DNA of 62,918 bases, the filler included, from Phoronis australis (Eukaryota; Animalia; Phoronida), in NCBI GenBank assembly GCA_002633005.1. It is 5 parts of 5 records of this genome, joined end to end, with 100 filler letters (N's around TTAATTAATTAA, not from the genome) between each part and the next. Parts side by side here need not be neighbours in the genome. Positions count along the whole stretch, not along the records: positions 29,822 to 56,006 come from NMRA01000632.1; positions 56,107 to 60,000 come from NMRA01002784.1; positions 60,101 to 62,918 come from NMRA01003405.1; 2 more parts are not named here. One strand, 5' to 3'. A program made the translations under genes and the position numbers. The notes beneath the pieces were generated by a model that saw only the letters and a list, made by a program, of their open reading frames with translations, did no database searches and was not told the origin of the DNA. Of the stretch, positions 51,501 to 62,918 are shown in pieces; within the stretch, counting starts at the first letter, position 1; each line of letters begins with the position of its first letter.

Positions 51501-52535
51501 ACACTGAGTGGAGAGTTNGGGGGGGGTGCACTGGGGGACCGGCCCGCCGCCTTGGCTGCAAGAGCGTGAAGCCTGAGGAATTATTGAGATCATTCACTAG
51601 GACCGGTAGCGAAATGGGGGGAGCTCAGAGTTCCTGTATTTTTTTTCTTCCACCGTTAGTAGATTTTCCGAACAGATGTTCACACACCCGGCCCCCGCGC
51701 TTTGCCCAAGTCCCCGAGACAACATGTTGGCACCCCCCTTATGGTATCCTAGATACGCTACTGGTTCAGATGAGTCGCCTAAACCATCAACACATGGTTT
51801 TATGGTGTGTGGTCGGCATACCAGCGCAGCAGACAATAGATCAACGCTAAGCTCCGCCCACGTGACAGCCATATTTGTTTTAGTCGTCTGTTGTGCTTCA
51901 CAAGTTCGCAAAAATGATTAAAACTACGCTGTAAACAAGCAGGTATATCACATTTTCAAACATTAAGTAAATATCAGCTTTATGTCTAGTACATCAACAA
52001 AAATTGGAACATAATGACCGCGCATTCTGAACGAATTTTGACCTCGAGTGGCAATTGATGCCCGCTTAACTTCAAAGCCGTTTTTCTCGGCTCGTGATTT
52101 CAGGGTAGTGATGACAAGATTCTCGGGCCTATTTTTCCGCAACACGTGGGCCAGTTTTTCATAAATTTGCAAATTTGAAATCCTCTAGAACCAGATTTTT
52201 AGTGATTAGACGGAATGTGGCCAAATGACAGAAAGTGGCGTGCTTGCCCGAACTCATACGCAAAAAGTGCCACAAAATCAAGATCATAATGGTTTTGTAC
52301 ATATATTTGGTATGGATAAGTAGGATATTGCGTAAGGAAACAGTTGATGATAATACCTGTGCATTTTAAAAATTATCGAGGTGAAATTGGATTTTTTGAA
52401 AATTAAAAAATACTATAAAAACGAACTACAATTGTTGTCACTTTCAGAGTCATTTCTATCTAGTTAAAACCCCGTTTATACTTATTTTAGATAGGAACCT
52501 GGAGATTTGACCAGTGTATACNNNNNNNNNNNNNN

Positions 52536-53040
52536 CTTGGTGCAAAGAGTTAATGACTTCTATAAGCAATGGCGATCAGAAATTGAGCATAAAGTAAAAC
52601 TTAAATGGTACTGTAACTTTAAAACTCTGTACTGTTTTGAACCATATCTTAAGTTACCCCGACATAATAGTCTTATTCAAGCGTTTACTTGGTTACGTTG
52701 CTCCAACCACAGACTACAAGTGGAAGTGGGTAGACACGAGAAAGTGGAATATTATAATAGATTATGTTTGATTTGCAATGATGGATACCACTTCATGTTC
52801 ATTTGCAAGGGATATTGTGAACTTAGGTCACGATTTATCAAGGAAGTTCAATCGAAGCACCCAACTCAAGAATTCTGTATACGCCTGTTAGCTAATCCAG
52901 ATATATCTGTTGTTAAATATGTATATTCTGCCCTTAAAAGAAGAGAACAACTCTAAAATGGGTTGGCTGCGTGTGCGAATGTGCCTGTTTATTTTTTGTT
53001 AATTGTACTTTGGGCCAGAGGCCTTTAATACAAATAAAGG
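52536..53040 (+). mobile_element. 3' end of an RTEX-like LINE ORF2 (zinc-knuckle region) and 3' UTR
   Basis: FEPYL...LRCSNHRLQVEVGRH...RLCLIC...YHFMFICKGYCELR, followed by GGGCCAGAGGCC and AATAAA. Same strand as 42348-44533. Confidence 0.8.
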
Positions 53041-53411
53041 AACTCTTTTTGTAACAGCATGAACTATCATCTTCACTAAATCCCAAGGTACGTTTTCTGG
53101 ACAGAAGCAATTTTGTTTGTTTGATGCCAGACTTACTATTATTTTGTAAAATGCTAATATTATGGAACTGTGTTATTGAAATCAACGAAAGCTGATTGTT
53201 GAAGATTTTTGTCTCTTGACGATCAAGATATTTAGGATTAAGGTGTCTATTTACGCATCAACTCGAATAACTGAATATCAACCGGCAATACGGTTCCCTT
53301 CATTTTGTGTTTTCCGTTATTTGACATTCAGTTAATACTTCGTAGGTTTACTTCGTCTGCACGCAGTTAAATGTGTTTATAGATTTTACCCATTTCATTG
53401 TTTGCTCGCAG

Positions 53412-53498
53412 CTGTTCAAGCAGAGGACAGGGGAGGTTACAGCTGTAAGGTCGACGGTCAAGCAACAGTCGTCATTACCCGGTTTCTACATGTCTACG
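53412..53498 (+). CDS. Ig-superfamily protein, exon completing the V-type domain (F and G strands)
   Basis: CGCAG acceptor and G|GTAAAA donor, phase 1-1. Encodes AVQAEDRGGYSCKVDGQATVVITRFLHVY with the D-x-G-x-Y-x-C motif. Confidence 0.85.
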
Positions 53499-53674
53499 GT
53501 AAAACCTTTGCATGGTTTTATTAACAGTTGTATCAAGAAATCCAGGGACATGCAACTGATCAGAAACGATTTTATTATCGATTGAATTATCCAAATCTCC
53601 TCTGAAAAAGGCGAAACGCCGCTCATGGGATGTATGACATAACAGTTAGCTGCAAACAGTAATTGCACAGATAT

Positions 53675-53753
53675 GGGGTCCTTAATAGTTCAGTGGTAAG
53701 AGCACATGACCCGCAGTCTTGGGACATGTGGTTCAATTACCAATTGGGGCTCC
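53675..53753 (+). other. tRNA-derived SINE head or tRNA pseudogene
   Basis: A box TAGTTCAGTGG, B box-like GGTTCAATTACC and GGGGTCC/GGGCTCC stem ends; degenerate. Confidence 0.5.
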
Positions 53754-53945
53754 TGACTTGTCTGTGTTTATTTGATGTATTTCACTATGGGTCAACCTCA
53801 GCGTTTATTTAGTTACTAGATCTAAGAAATGAGTTTAATAACCTAAGCTGAGTGTCTACGTGCCTGATATCGAAACTAAGTCGTGTTGTAACTGCATGTA
53901 TTTTGCGGTTGATGTTGCTCGCACATTCACGATGAAGCATTTTTT

Positions 53946-54200
53946 CTGCTGCTGCGGCCGCCGCCGCTGCTGCTGCTGCTCCTCCTTCTGTAAAGCTGCT
54001 GCTTCTGTAAAGCTGGTGCTCCTGCTGCTGCTGATTCTGTTGCTACCGCTGCTTTTTCTCCTGCTGATTCTGCTGCTGTTGCTGCTGCTGATTCTGTAAC
54101 TGTTATGCTGCTGTTGCTGCTGCTGCTGCTCATTCTAGTGACGCTGATTCTGTTGTGATTTTGTTGATTCTGCTGCTGCTGTTACAGCACTGCTGCAATT
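53946..54200. repeat. Degenerate (CTG)n microsatellite, intronic
   Basis: Direct reading. Confidence 0.9.
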
Positions 54201-54295
54201 GCATCACTGTTAAACTGTACTTCTGATGACCTGGTAGCGGTAACAACCTCCTTACAACGCCTAATTTCTAATTTTCACCATTTATGTTCTTATAG

Positions 54296-54522
54296 GGCCC
54301 GTACAATCGATGTACGTGGGACTAACAAAATCAGGCAAACCCCAACAGAAATTTCGTGGGCGAAACAATTCAGTGGATTATGAAATCCTTTCACACAACA
54401 GTGGACAACAGCTGACTTGTCACGTCGAAGGGAGCATCCCGATGCCACAACTTAAAGTGTTAATTGGAGATCGCGATATAACAGGACATTTCATCTCACA
54501 ATCATCCAACTTTACAACCTCT
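54296..54522 (+). CDS. Ig-superfamily protein, exon encoding the first half of a second (C2-like) Ig domain
   Basis: TTATAG acceptor in phase 1 and GTAAGT donor in phase 0. Encodes GPVQSMYV...QLTCHVEGSIPMPQLKVLIGDRDIT. Confidence 0.82.
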
Positions 54523-54945
54523 GTAAGTTTTTAGATTCATATGTAGAAACTAAACTACATGTGATTTAAGTTTCTCTGTGCACGCATGGTCGTCGGTCTG
54601 CACCATCTTGATGTATATACACTCGCCACGGGAGAGGAATCTGTTGGCAATCGTGTTAATAAGTTTGCGCAGGAGTGAGACACAGCTGTTTTGGGAGCTC
54701 CATTTGGGAATTGAATCGCAGCTAAGCCCCGTCCACCAAAGTTACTGTTGCTAAGTCCCAAAAGCGACAAGGCAAAATGACAGACATCTGTTTTTAAACG
54801 TCCTATTGCTGCAGAATGGTGGAACTGCGCCAAAATTCGCAAATAGGAGCATGTAAAACCGATAAGCAATTTTGTTTAAATATTGCACATGTGAACTTGA
54901 TTTATCCGTTATAAAATGTTAGATGTTGACGTGTATTCATGTTAA

Positions 54946-55726
54946 AGAATGCCACCGATTTAATTAGTCTTTTTTTACCGTCTTAATCGGTCTATATCCA
55001 CATCGCCTCGCAAACGGTCGACCTTACCTTGCCGACAGGGTCGCGTTAACCCGTGAGGAAGGTGAGAAACGACGCAGCGACGTCAGAGGTTCATTTGCAG
55101 TGTGAATGCCGCTGTATTGCGGTGCATCGTTTCCGCTTGTCCGGACTATGCAGCTGCGAGGAAAGCGGGTTTATCGTTTTTTCGACTTTCTCGAGAGTTC
55201 GAAATGCTTAGGAAGTGGCTCGCGGTAGTGAAGAATGAAAAATACGCTGTTAATACCAAATATGAGGCCGTGAAACATCTCCGTGTCTGTGGACGGCAGT
55301 GAGATACAATTTGTAATGCCTTTGGAGTATTCGTGGGTGCAAATGTTTTGAGAAGCCAGCCATGAATAAATCACTGCGTTACCGGCTTCAGATGCTATAT
55401 AGGTAGTTGACGGGCACCGAGGCCGTGTGATCGCATGCTAAATCAGTGTTTGCTGACAGAAAGCTGTTGTGAAATAATCACTCGATTTTACATGCTATGG
55501 TCACATGTTAGGGAAATCTTTGTTTAGATATACAAATACATTATTCACATCATTGCTACTGTACAACTTTTGCCCTGACGGTCCGTAAAAGGGCAACTTG
55601 ACTTCGCGGCGGCCCCTGACAAGTAGATTTGAAATTTCGTGACTAATTCACCAAACTAATTACGTGCACATTATTTCTTTGGCTCACTCGTATCGTCTTT
55701 TCGTGACTGGAGGTTTAGTTTCCAAC
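54946..55726 (+). mobile_element. Longer Kolobok-like deletion derivative with a THAP remnant
   Basis: Both ends are homologous to MITE 33366-33724. The extra internal ~480 bp encodes RCIVSAC...LSFFRL...KWL...LRVC (ORF 55102-55302). The 3' end is interrupted at a TTAA by other sequence. Confidence 0.7.
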
Positions 55727-56006
55727 TTAAGCTGGTTTGTGTTCGTGATTTCCGGTCCCGGTGGCCGCGACGGGCCTGATCGGGTTCCAAGGCACTGTCA
55801 GGGATAACAAGCGTTTCGTGTGTTTAGAACTGAAAAAATCGCAAGTCTAAAAGTGCAACACACAGATATCTTTCATGTCTATATTTCACGGAAGAATGAT
55901 TCGAATTTATCACCAAACAGACCCAAACTCCCGCGATCGACCATGATAAATTGGCCTACGGAACCTACTGAGAAGAGTCTACACTCCTTGACCAACTCTA
56001 GGCCAC

Positions 56007-56106
56007 NNNNNNNNNNNNNNNNNNNNNNNNNNNNNNNNNNNNNNNNNNNNTTAATTAATTAANNNNNNNNNNNNNNNNNNNNNNNNNNNNNNNNNNNNNN
56101 NNNNNN
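56007..56106. other. Artificial scaffold-joining linker
   Basis: N44-TTAATTAATTAA-N44. Confidence 0.95.
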
Positions 56107-56408
56107 ATGTCACTGAACTGATTATAATGTTATTGATCCAGGAAACTGGTAATGAGATGTCACTGAACCGATTATAATGTTACTGAAGTAGGGAACTGGT
56201 AATGAGATGTAACTGAACAGATTATAATGTTATTGAATTAGGGAACTGGTAATGACATGCCACTGAACTGATTATAATGTTATTGAAAGGTAATGAGATG
56301 TTACTGAACTAATTATAATGTTATTTATTGAATTAGGAAACTGGTAACGAGATGTCACTGAACTGATTATAATATTGAATTAGGGAACTGGTAACGAGAT
56401 GTCACTCA
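56107..56408. repeat. ~50-bp minisatellite, ~6 copies
   Basis: Unit is approximately ATGTCACTGAACTGATTATAATGTTATTGAATTAGGGAACTGGTAATGAG. Confidence 0.92.
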
Positions 56409-56721
56409 AGTGATTTCAATGTACCACAATAATGACATTAAGACTTGTACTGAAAATTGTGACTGGGTATCAAAACCTTAAATTAATATAAAATAGACTA
56501 TTGAATAATTTTTTTGATAATAAAATGAAAGCTTCTTTAAAAGTCTAATAAACTGAAGATGAGCTGCATACTTAATCGTTTACAAGGGTAATTAAAAATG
56601 CATGGAATCAGGTAACAGCACCTGTACTACGCTGATTAGAAAATTTAATGTGTTTAATTGGACAGTGTAATGATAAAACTACACAATGAAAATTGTGTTC
56701 TATATAATTTTTATCCAGTAC

Positions 56722-56805
56722 CTTTCGTTGAAATACAAGTCCAAACTCTCTTAAATGTTGCAAAAACTTGAGAAGTTCTTCTTCCAATCCTTCAGAGGAA
56801 TAGTC
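56722..56805 (-). CDS. GTF2H4: TFIIH subunit 4 (p52/Tfb2), internal exon
   Basis: Encodes [28 protein letters not shown] between TTTCAG and GTACTG, phase 0-0; continues directly from the 57897-58077 exon. Confidence 0.93.
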
Positions 56806-57150
56806 CTGAAAATGGTAACAACTTCATGAAATTTTACATAACATTATGTAGTCCTGAAAGTGATAAAGAATTGGCTCCACGTAAGTTCTCAAATATTGCT
56901 GTGTTATTTTTCCAGATCATACCATAATCTCAAGTTTAGCCAGATATTTAGACATTTCATCGACTAACAATTTCTGTTCATTAAATTACTAACCATTAAA
57001 TTCCAACATACTAAAAGCAAAGTCTCAATGTTATTTACACGACAACACTACACTTTTGTTGTCATCATTCTTTTAAATACACCACAGATTTGCAACTTTG
57101 ACATTTTCTTGCTAAATATCCTTGAGTAGGTGCCACCCCCTAAACGTACC

Positions 57151-57538
57151 ACATGACCATTCCGTTTACTCACTGAAATTCACCAACAGGTGGAGTGATC
57201 ACTCACCGGTTAGTGTGTCGTGATGGGAAATTCTTGCGTCTATTTTATTGTCCAGTATAGCAGATGACGTACATGCCGGAGGTAAAGAGAGTTATGTCTG
57301 TCAGGTGTCGCTAGTGAATAGCAACGTCATGGCTTATGCCTTAGATCACACATCTCATCCAGTGAGAACATTACAGAGTTGGACGTCCACGAACATATGT
57401 GATTACACAAACTCTAATTTGTTACCTGTGACATCATATTTCAGAGTTAATCACACTTCTGCAATACGTAAGAAAAGAGGAGCTTAGTAATCACTCCACC
57501 TGTTGGTGAATTTCAGTGAGCAAACAGAATGGTCATGT
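57151..57538. mobile_element. MITE with ~53-bp TIRs in a GTF2H4 intron
   Basis: ACATGACCATTCCGTTTACTCACTGAAATTCACCAACAGGTGGAGTGATCACT is inverted at 57486-57538 with 3 mismatches; no clear TSD. Confidence 0.75.
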
Positions 57539-57896
57539 CAATGAATTCGAATTGTGTTCGATTGTCACAGTAGTGGATTTCCAGGTCATTTTGTTTAAAT
57601 ACTTTCCGTGCCAGGGCTTGGAATAACCAATGACAAAAAGAAGTAATATTTCCACGTGGTGTATCCTTCCGCAAATAAAAAGGCTTATGTGCTAGAACTA
57701 TTTTTTGTGTTGTAAAACTCAACTGAAAGAAACAATTTTGCAAGAATAAAGTCAAAATGATAACAAAATGAGACAAAAAAGCAGAGAAAACTGGAAATCA
57801 GAAAAGAGGGAATTGCAACCAAAAAAGACGAAATCATCTTTAAAGAGGACAATCCCAAGCTGTGCCAACTGTATTTATAAAACATTTGCTACTGAC

Positions 57897-58077
57897 CTTG
57901 CCCAGAGTTGAGAAGCTGAGTTGGAAGAGGAAGGACAGCAGTTTGACCAAATTTTGACCACGTGATTGGACAGTGTCCAGGTACTGTAGCATGAAGTGCC
58001 ACACTTGAGACTGGGTGTCCATTAGTAGGAACTGGAACCCTGCTTGAGTGATGACGGGTGCACCGTCGGGGGTTTCA
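57897..58077 (-). CDS. GTF2H4: TFIIH subunit 4 (p52/Tfb2), internal exon
   Basis: Encodes [60 protein letters not shown], matching the conserved p52 segment; TTCTAG acceptor and GTCAGT donor. Confidence 0.93.
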
Positions 58078-59904
58078 CTAGAACAGGATGTAACGCAATC
58101 CTGTCAGTGTAAAGATTGTTTAGAAGTGCAAAAAACTTCCACCAGGTGTCTCACTTTTATCATATACTTGCATGTACAGTGGAAATCAAAACACTTTAAA
58201 ATTAAAATTAAGAAATTGGACTGCATCGTAGTCATTAGATCTAATGAAACGGGGAGATAAGTCTTAATTATTTTCAACACGTACGTGGCGTTCCCATACT
58301 ATAACTATGTCCTTAGTCCCTAGTCACCTTTTCATGAGGCCCGAGTGTAGTAATATCTCGACCACATCACGACTGACTCCATCCGCTGCCTCACGTGATC
58401 CGACCATGAAGTGAAGTATACACTGAAATAACAAAGCTCATTCATTTTATTAAAATTACTGAAATTTACTATTTTATTAGTAATTACTTCAATTCACGTT
58501 TAACCTGTAAAATCAAAACCGTATTTTGGAGACACAATACAGAATCACCAATGTCACTGTGATCTCAACAAATGTTAAAATTATCATTTAAAAAAATAAA
58601 ATTGCAATATTGTCATTCATTCAACTCTGACTTAAGTGTAAGTATCATAATTTCCAAAATAAGCCACTAATTTTTCGCATCATTTACTATGTCACAAGAA
58701 GCCAAAAAAGCGTCAGAGGTCAGTTGCAGCCCTGCGTTCGTTGATAGTTAATCAGTTTCAATACACAATGCTTCAAGTACACATACTGTAGTGTAAATAA
58801 TCAGCCTATGCACTATTTTTGGCTTATAGAAGGACAAATTTGTTTGGCAAAATTGTTTCAGAGTATCGTTCACTGTTTATGTTCATTAGACCCATAAAAA
58901 GTGAATGGCGTAGTCATTAGATTAAATTCGTATTGCTTGTAATTCGTATAATATCCATTTTTCACCAATTTATGCTCCGGGCTGTTCCAGCAAAATCTGT
59001 GTGGGAGGGGGGGAAGGCAACTGAAATAAAAATTTACGGGTGGTTGCGTTTGATTTAAATTCAAAATGGCTGGTGGTCGTACTTCAAGAAAATAAAAATT
59101 TACAGGTCGTTGTTGTTTCAAATTTGGCTTCAGAGCGGTAGTATTTGTCGCCGCGCTTAACAATAACAAGAGCCGCCATTGAAAATCACACCATGCTTTA
59201 CCCAGATGCCCCGGCAATGTTGACAATTTATGTTCCTCCGAAACATAAAGACTTCCGCTTTCCGAGGTGAACGTCGTCTGCAACGCCGCGGTAAAAAAGG
59301 AATTTGCCGAGGAAATTTCATATCAAATCCGATTTTTTTTACGCGGAAATATTATAAAAAAAGCAGAAAGCACATTTCAAAAAAGCGGAAATCCGCGTTT
59401 CCGCGGAAAATTCCAAGCCCTGATAAACAATCCGCACAGAATCAAAAACTGAAACAAAAATGCAACTTGCAAAAAGCTCCGACTTTTTCACTCCCTCCGA
59501 TCTCCTCATCGGCATGCCCATAACACCATTTAACCACAGGTGCTCGAATTTTTCGACAGCTAATAACCATATAAAAGAAACATATCTTTTCTTAGTAATG
59601 AATGACGTTAGTGGTGATGGAGGAACAGATAAACACAAGCGCCTGTGCAGTCAACCACAAGAACAAAAAAAATTACGGGTGGTTGCATTTCAAACTTATA
59701 AAAAATTACGGGTGGTAGGCTGAAGAAATAAATGGAAAATGTGGGTGGTGGGTGCGAAAAAAAGGTGCCTTCCCCCCCTCCCATACAGATTTTACTGGAA
59801 CAGCCCTCCAAAGATTCTCTGAAACCAGGGACAAATAAAAGTAAAAATCCATCTTTGTCAATATGAAATGCTTTAGCAATAAGAAAAGTGAACTGACCAT
59901 TGCC

Positions 59905-60000
59905 AATCCTAGTGTATAATGCATAGAGTAGTCAAATCCACTAGTGTATAATGCATAGAGTAGTCAAATCCACTAGTGTATAATGCATAGAGTAGTCAAA
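59905..60000. repeat. 32-bp tandem repeat, 3 copies, running into the linker
   Basis: Unit AATCCACTAGTGTATAATGCATAGAGTAGTCA. Confidence 0.92.
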
Positions 60001-60100
60001 NNNNNNNNNNNNNNNNNNNNNNNNNNNNNNNNNNNNNNNNNNNNTTAATTAATTAANNNNNNNNNNNNNNNNNNNNNNNNNNNNNNNNNNNNNNNNNNNN
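60001..60100. other. Artificial scaffold-joining linker
   Basis: N44-TTAATTAATTAA-N44. Confidence 0.95.
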
Positions 60101-60178
60101 GCATTGTCTGGACTAAATGAAACATTGAGTACCCATGACTGGTGACCCGACATAGTGCCTGCAAGGTTAGCATGTTGA
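60101..60178 (-). CDS. WDR61: WD repeat protein 61 (SKI8/SKIC8), exon truncated by the linker
   Basis: Encodes [25 protein letters not shown] after a TTCCAG acceptor; phase 2 matches the preceding exon. Confidence 0.92.
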
Positions 60179-60497
60179 CTGGAATGAAAGGATTGTATTG
60201 TTACCAAAGTAAAACAGTTTTCATTCAATGTTTAAAAAAGAGTTGAAGAAAGCAAAGTATGAAGAACACTTATCTGAAAGATAGTTCACTATGAAAATGC
60301 AAGTGAAACAACGGCTGACTTAAAAATAGCAACAGATGAATGTCTGTTATCTTCACTGCATGCAAAATGTATTTTTTGCGAGCATACAAATTCAATCAAA
60401 ATTGAATGTCTTGATTAGTACATCAACCATCAAATGTATTCTGCAACAGTATCATTTACCAGAATAAGATATAACTTTCTGCCAGCAGAGAACTTAC

Positions 60498-60591
60498 ACG
60501 TCATACATCTTGATGTGACCATCATCAGACGCAGTAACCAGAAGTTGAGAGTCAGGTGAAAAACACAAAGAACGGATGGGAAGGGCGTGGC
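60498..60591 (-). CDS. WDR61: WD repeat protein 61 (SKI8/SKIC8), internal exon
   Basis: Encodes [32 protein letters not shown] between AACAG and GTAAGT; near-identical to the WDR61 segment as I recall it. Confidence 0.93.
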
Positions 60592-60872
60592 CTGTTGACG
60601 AGCAATTTCAGTGTAAGTTAGCGTTATGATCTTTGCACAAAATGTAACAAATAAAATGCCATGATAGGCGACAAGTTAAAAATTTCTAAAAAGAAGATGG
60701 TGTCATGAAATCAAGCATGACACCAGAAGAGTTCAATGACAAACAACTGTACTGTGATTGCCTTACAGTATGACTGGCTATTCTGCTAATTGCATCATTA
60801 TGGGACAACAAATATTCAGTGGTTAGTACCTACCATGAAACTGAGTATGAATTTCACTCAATACATATAAAT

Positions 60873-62090
60873 TACAAGGAAGATTTGCAAAATGTCAGAT
60901 TAATTCTATGCACCTTAGTGCCACCCTTTCCTTCAAGTAAATGATTACAGACTAAACAAGAGCAATGCAGGGCATTGGTATGCACCCACCATGTACATCA
61001 CAAATGACAAAGATTTAAGGTTGTTTGTTTTATCAAACATTACATCAGTCAGATCCATCTGAAAGTCAGTATCAGTGGAGTTCCCCTCATTAAAAACACA
61101 CACTTCAAATCTGATGAAGATCAATCGAAGAACTCGGTAGATAAAAGGCAAACGAAATTCCAATTTTCACCACTATGGGGCATTACTGTAGTGAGATCCA
61201 TCCAAAAGTACATGCCAGCCAAACTGTCCTTGATGGGAAAACACATGCCTAATATCATGAAGATCCACCAAGAACTTGGTAGATATTGAGGCAGACACAG
61301 AGAAAACAAGGGAGCACCACAGTAGTCAGATCTGGCCAAAAATCAACACCACATGCCAAACTTCATGAAAATCTATCATAGAGTTGGTACATATCGATGT
61401 TGGCACAAAAAAAAAAACAAAATTGCCACTACAGGGCACTACAATAGTTAGCACTGTACTAAAATCAATGGCGACTGGACTCTCCTCAATAAGACCACAT
61501 ACGCCAAATTTCAAAAAGATCCATAGAATTTGATGGATAGTGAGGTACACGCAAAGAAAACTAAAATTGCCACTAGGGGATGCCACAGTAAGTCAGGCCG
61601 AAAATTACTGCCAGCCATACTATCCTCAATAGGAACACATCTGCCAACTTAATTCCTCAATCAGTTTGGCGGATAAGGAAGCAATGCCAAAAAAAGATCA
61701 AAAATAAGAATGTCTACTCAGAAACACAGACTGAATAAGTCAAATCTGTCTGAAATTGGGCAGCTGCCCTGGTCTCCTTCACAGAAACTTGTAAGTCAAT
61801 GAAATGTCATGAAAATCTAGTCAACTTAATGAACTTGATAGATATTGAGGCACACACTTAGGAAACCTTAATTTCCACTAAGGGATGTTACAGTAGTTGG
61901 ACTCACCCTAACATCAACAAGTCGGGCACTCCCAATAGCAACCTATACAACAAATGTTACTAAGGTACATCAAGGAACTTGGGCAAATATTGATGCAGAG
62001 GCAAAAAATGAAATTGCAACTAGGAAGCGCCACAGAAACAATAGTCGCACCAGTCTGAAAATCAGTGTCAGTCATGCTCTCTACACTAAG
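60873..62090 (-). mobile_element. Second, more decayed Helentron-associated tandem-array element
   Basis: Recurring CCACTA-GGG-type motifs (about 61172, 61427, 61570 and 61876) are the reverse complement of the 46844-48579 core; an ACAAG (CTTGT) end lies near 60874. Confidence 0.55.
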
Positions 62091-62093
62091 AGC

Positions 62094-62640
62094 TAGTGCT
62101 GCAGTGATTTCAAATCCATAATCGAATCGTGAATATTTGGACAAGATTTGATAACAAATTCGCGGATCATGATGATAAGATTATTTTATCATATAAAAAT
62201 AATTCAAGATCTGTTTTTCATTTTTTTCTGAAATCACTCACTTGTTACTTGCGAACTAAGTGTCTTATTCGCTTGACAATGTACATAACAATCTCTTTTG
62301 GCTATGTTCTTTGAGAGGTACAAAACGACCGTTTTGCCAAAAGAGTCTAATCTCGTCCAATCACATCAACATGGCAGACGACAAAATCTTCTACTCGCCG
62401 AAAAAAAATTCAAGTCTGGAAATACCTCTGTTTCCGGAGTGCAAACAATTTTCAAAAAGGAGCGCGTGTGTAAGTTTTATTTCAAAGACATCATATATCC
62501 CAGTTCTGGGTCCAACTTTATGCAACATTTGAAACGACATCAAAGCGTCGATGTTCATAAAAACAGTGAAGATGCAACTTGTGCAGAGGCAAAAAAGCAC
62601 AGAAAGGAACACAACCAAAACCAACGGCAGCGCGCCACCT
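62094..62640 (+). mobile_element. hAT transposon 5' remnant with a decayed BED zinc finger
   Basis: TAGTGCTGCA terminus with an AATCGAATCG motif. From ATG 62371, across frameshifts: MADDKIFYSPKK / VWKYLCF / VCKFYFKDIIYPSSGSNFMQHLKRH. Confidence 0.62.
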
Positions 62641-62876
62641 GAAATTTGGGAGGTGTCATCATCATCTACATAGAAAACCTATCTGGGAAATGTCAAAAAA
62701 TCATTCAAGGAACTTTGGCAGAGGAAAACATAAAAAGGGCACAGGGGTCATCAAATCAGACTGAAAGTCTTCCTCTGTCCTCAGCTTCTTAGCAAAATTT
62801 CATTTAGACCCTGCCAAGGGTTTAGGAGATGCACCTGCATATGTTGCATGTCAGAGATGAGGATAATATGTAGCTA

Positions 62877-62880
<4 letters not shown>

Positions 62881-62918
<38 letters not shown>
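62881..62918. repeat. (TG)n microsatellite
   Basis: Direct reading. Confidence 0.95.

Noticed and set aside
53675-53753. Functional tRNA gene (also 43477-43539)
   Set aside because: The arms pair poorly and the B box is degenerate; more consistent with SINE-derived sequence.
53860-54133. Leu-rich and Ala/Ser-rich ORFs resembling a transmembrane or signal segment
   Set aside because: Translations of the (CTG)n microsatellite; the flanking exons splice in frame without it.
56107-56408. Regular repeats as a possible CRISPR array (also 12660-13020 and 59905-60000)
   Set aside because: Head-to-tail repeats with no unique spacers, no cas genes and a eukaryotic context.
57248-57487. ORF with YVCQV as a possible next Ig exon
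   Set aside because: It is the interior of a MITE, lies beyond an artificial linker, and its acceptor phase (2) does not match the phase-0 donor at 54522.

Overview
Repeat-rich, intron-containing animal (invertebrate) genomic DNA. The window is five sequence blocks joined by identical 100-bp artificial linkers (N44-TTAATTAATTAA-N44), so adjacency across those linkers is not evidence of real linkage. The most striking object is a complete 6.46-kb two-gene DNA transposon (30692-37154) of the ISL2EU type (PIF/Harbinger-related). It carries an intact three-exon THAP + DDE_Tnp_4 transposase on + and a convergent three-exon SWIM + YqaJ (lambda-exonuclease-fold) nuclease gene on -, the latter broken by one nonsense codon and one frameshift. 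The element has short TIRs, mirror-image subterminal motifs abutting both gene starts, and nested MITEs. Its empty insertion site is visible just downstream (37568-38001), which pins the target to the palindrome CTATAG. This two-gene architecture is a known class, but the role of its nuclease is, to my knowledge, unresolved. Host genes recognised as spliced exons are an Ig-superfamily gene (+, 41880-54522, with an 11-kb intron full of nested TEs), GTF2H4 (-, two exons) and WDR61/SKIC8 (-, two exons). Other elements are a CAC...GTG, 5-bp-TSD element carrying C2H2 zinc-finger remnants and a nested RTE LINE, a P-like element with a 7-bp TSD, Kolobok-, hAT-, Academ- and Helentron-like remnants, and mini/microsatellites. 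All calls are by eye; no searches were run.
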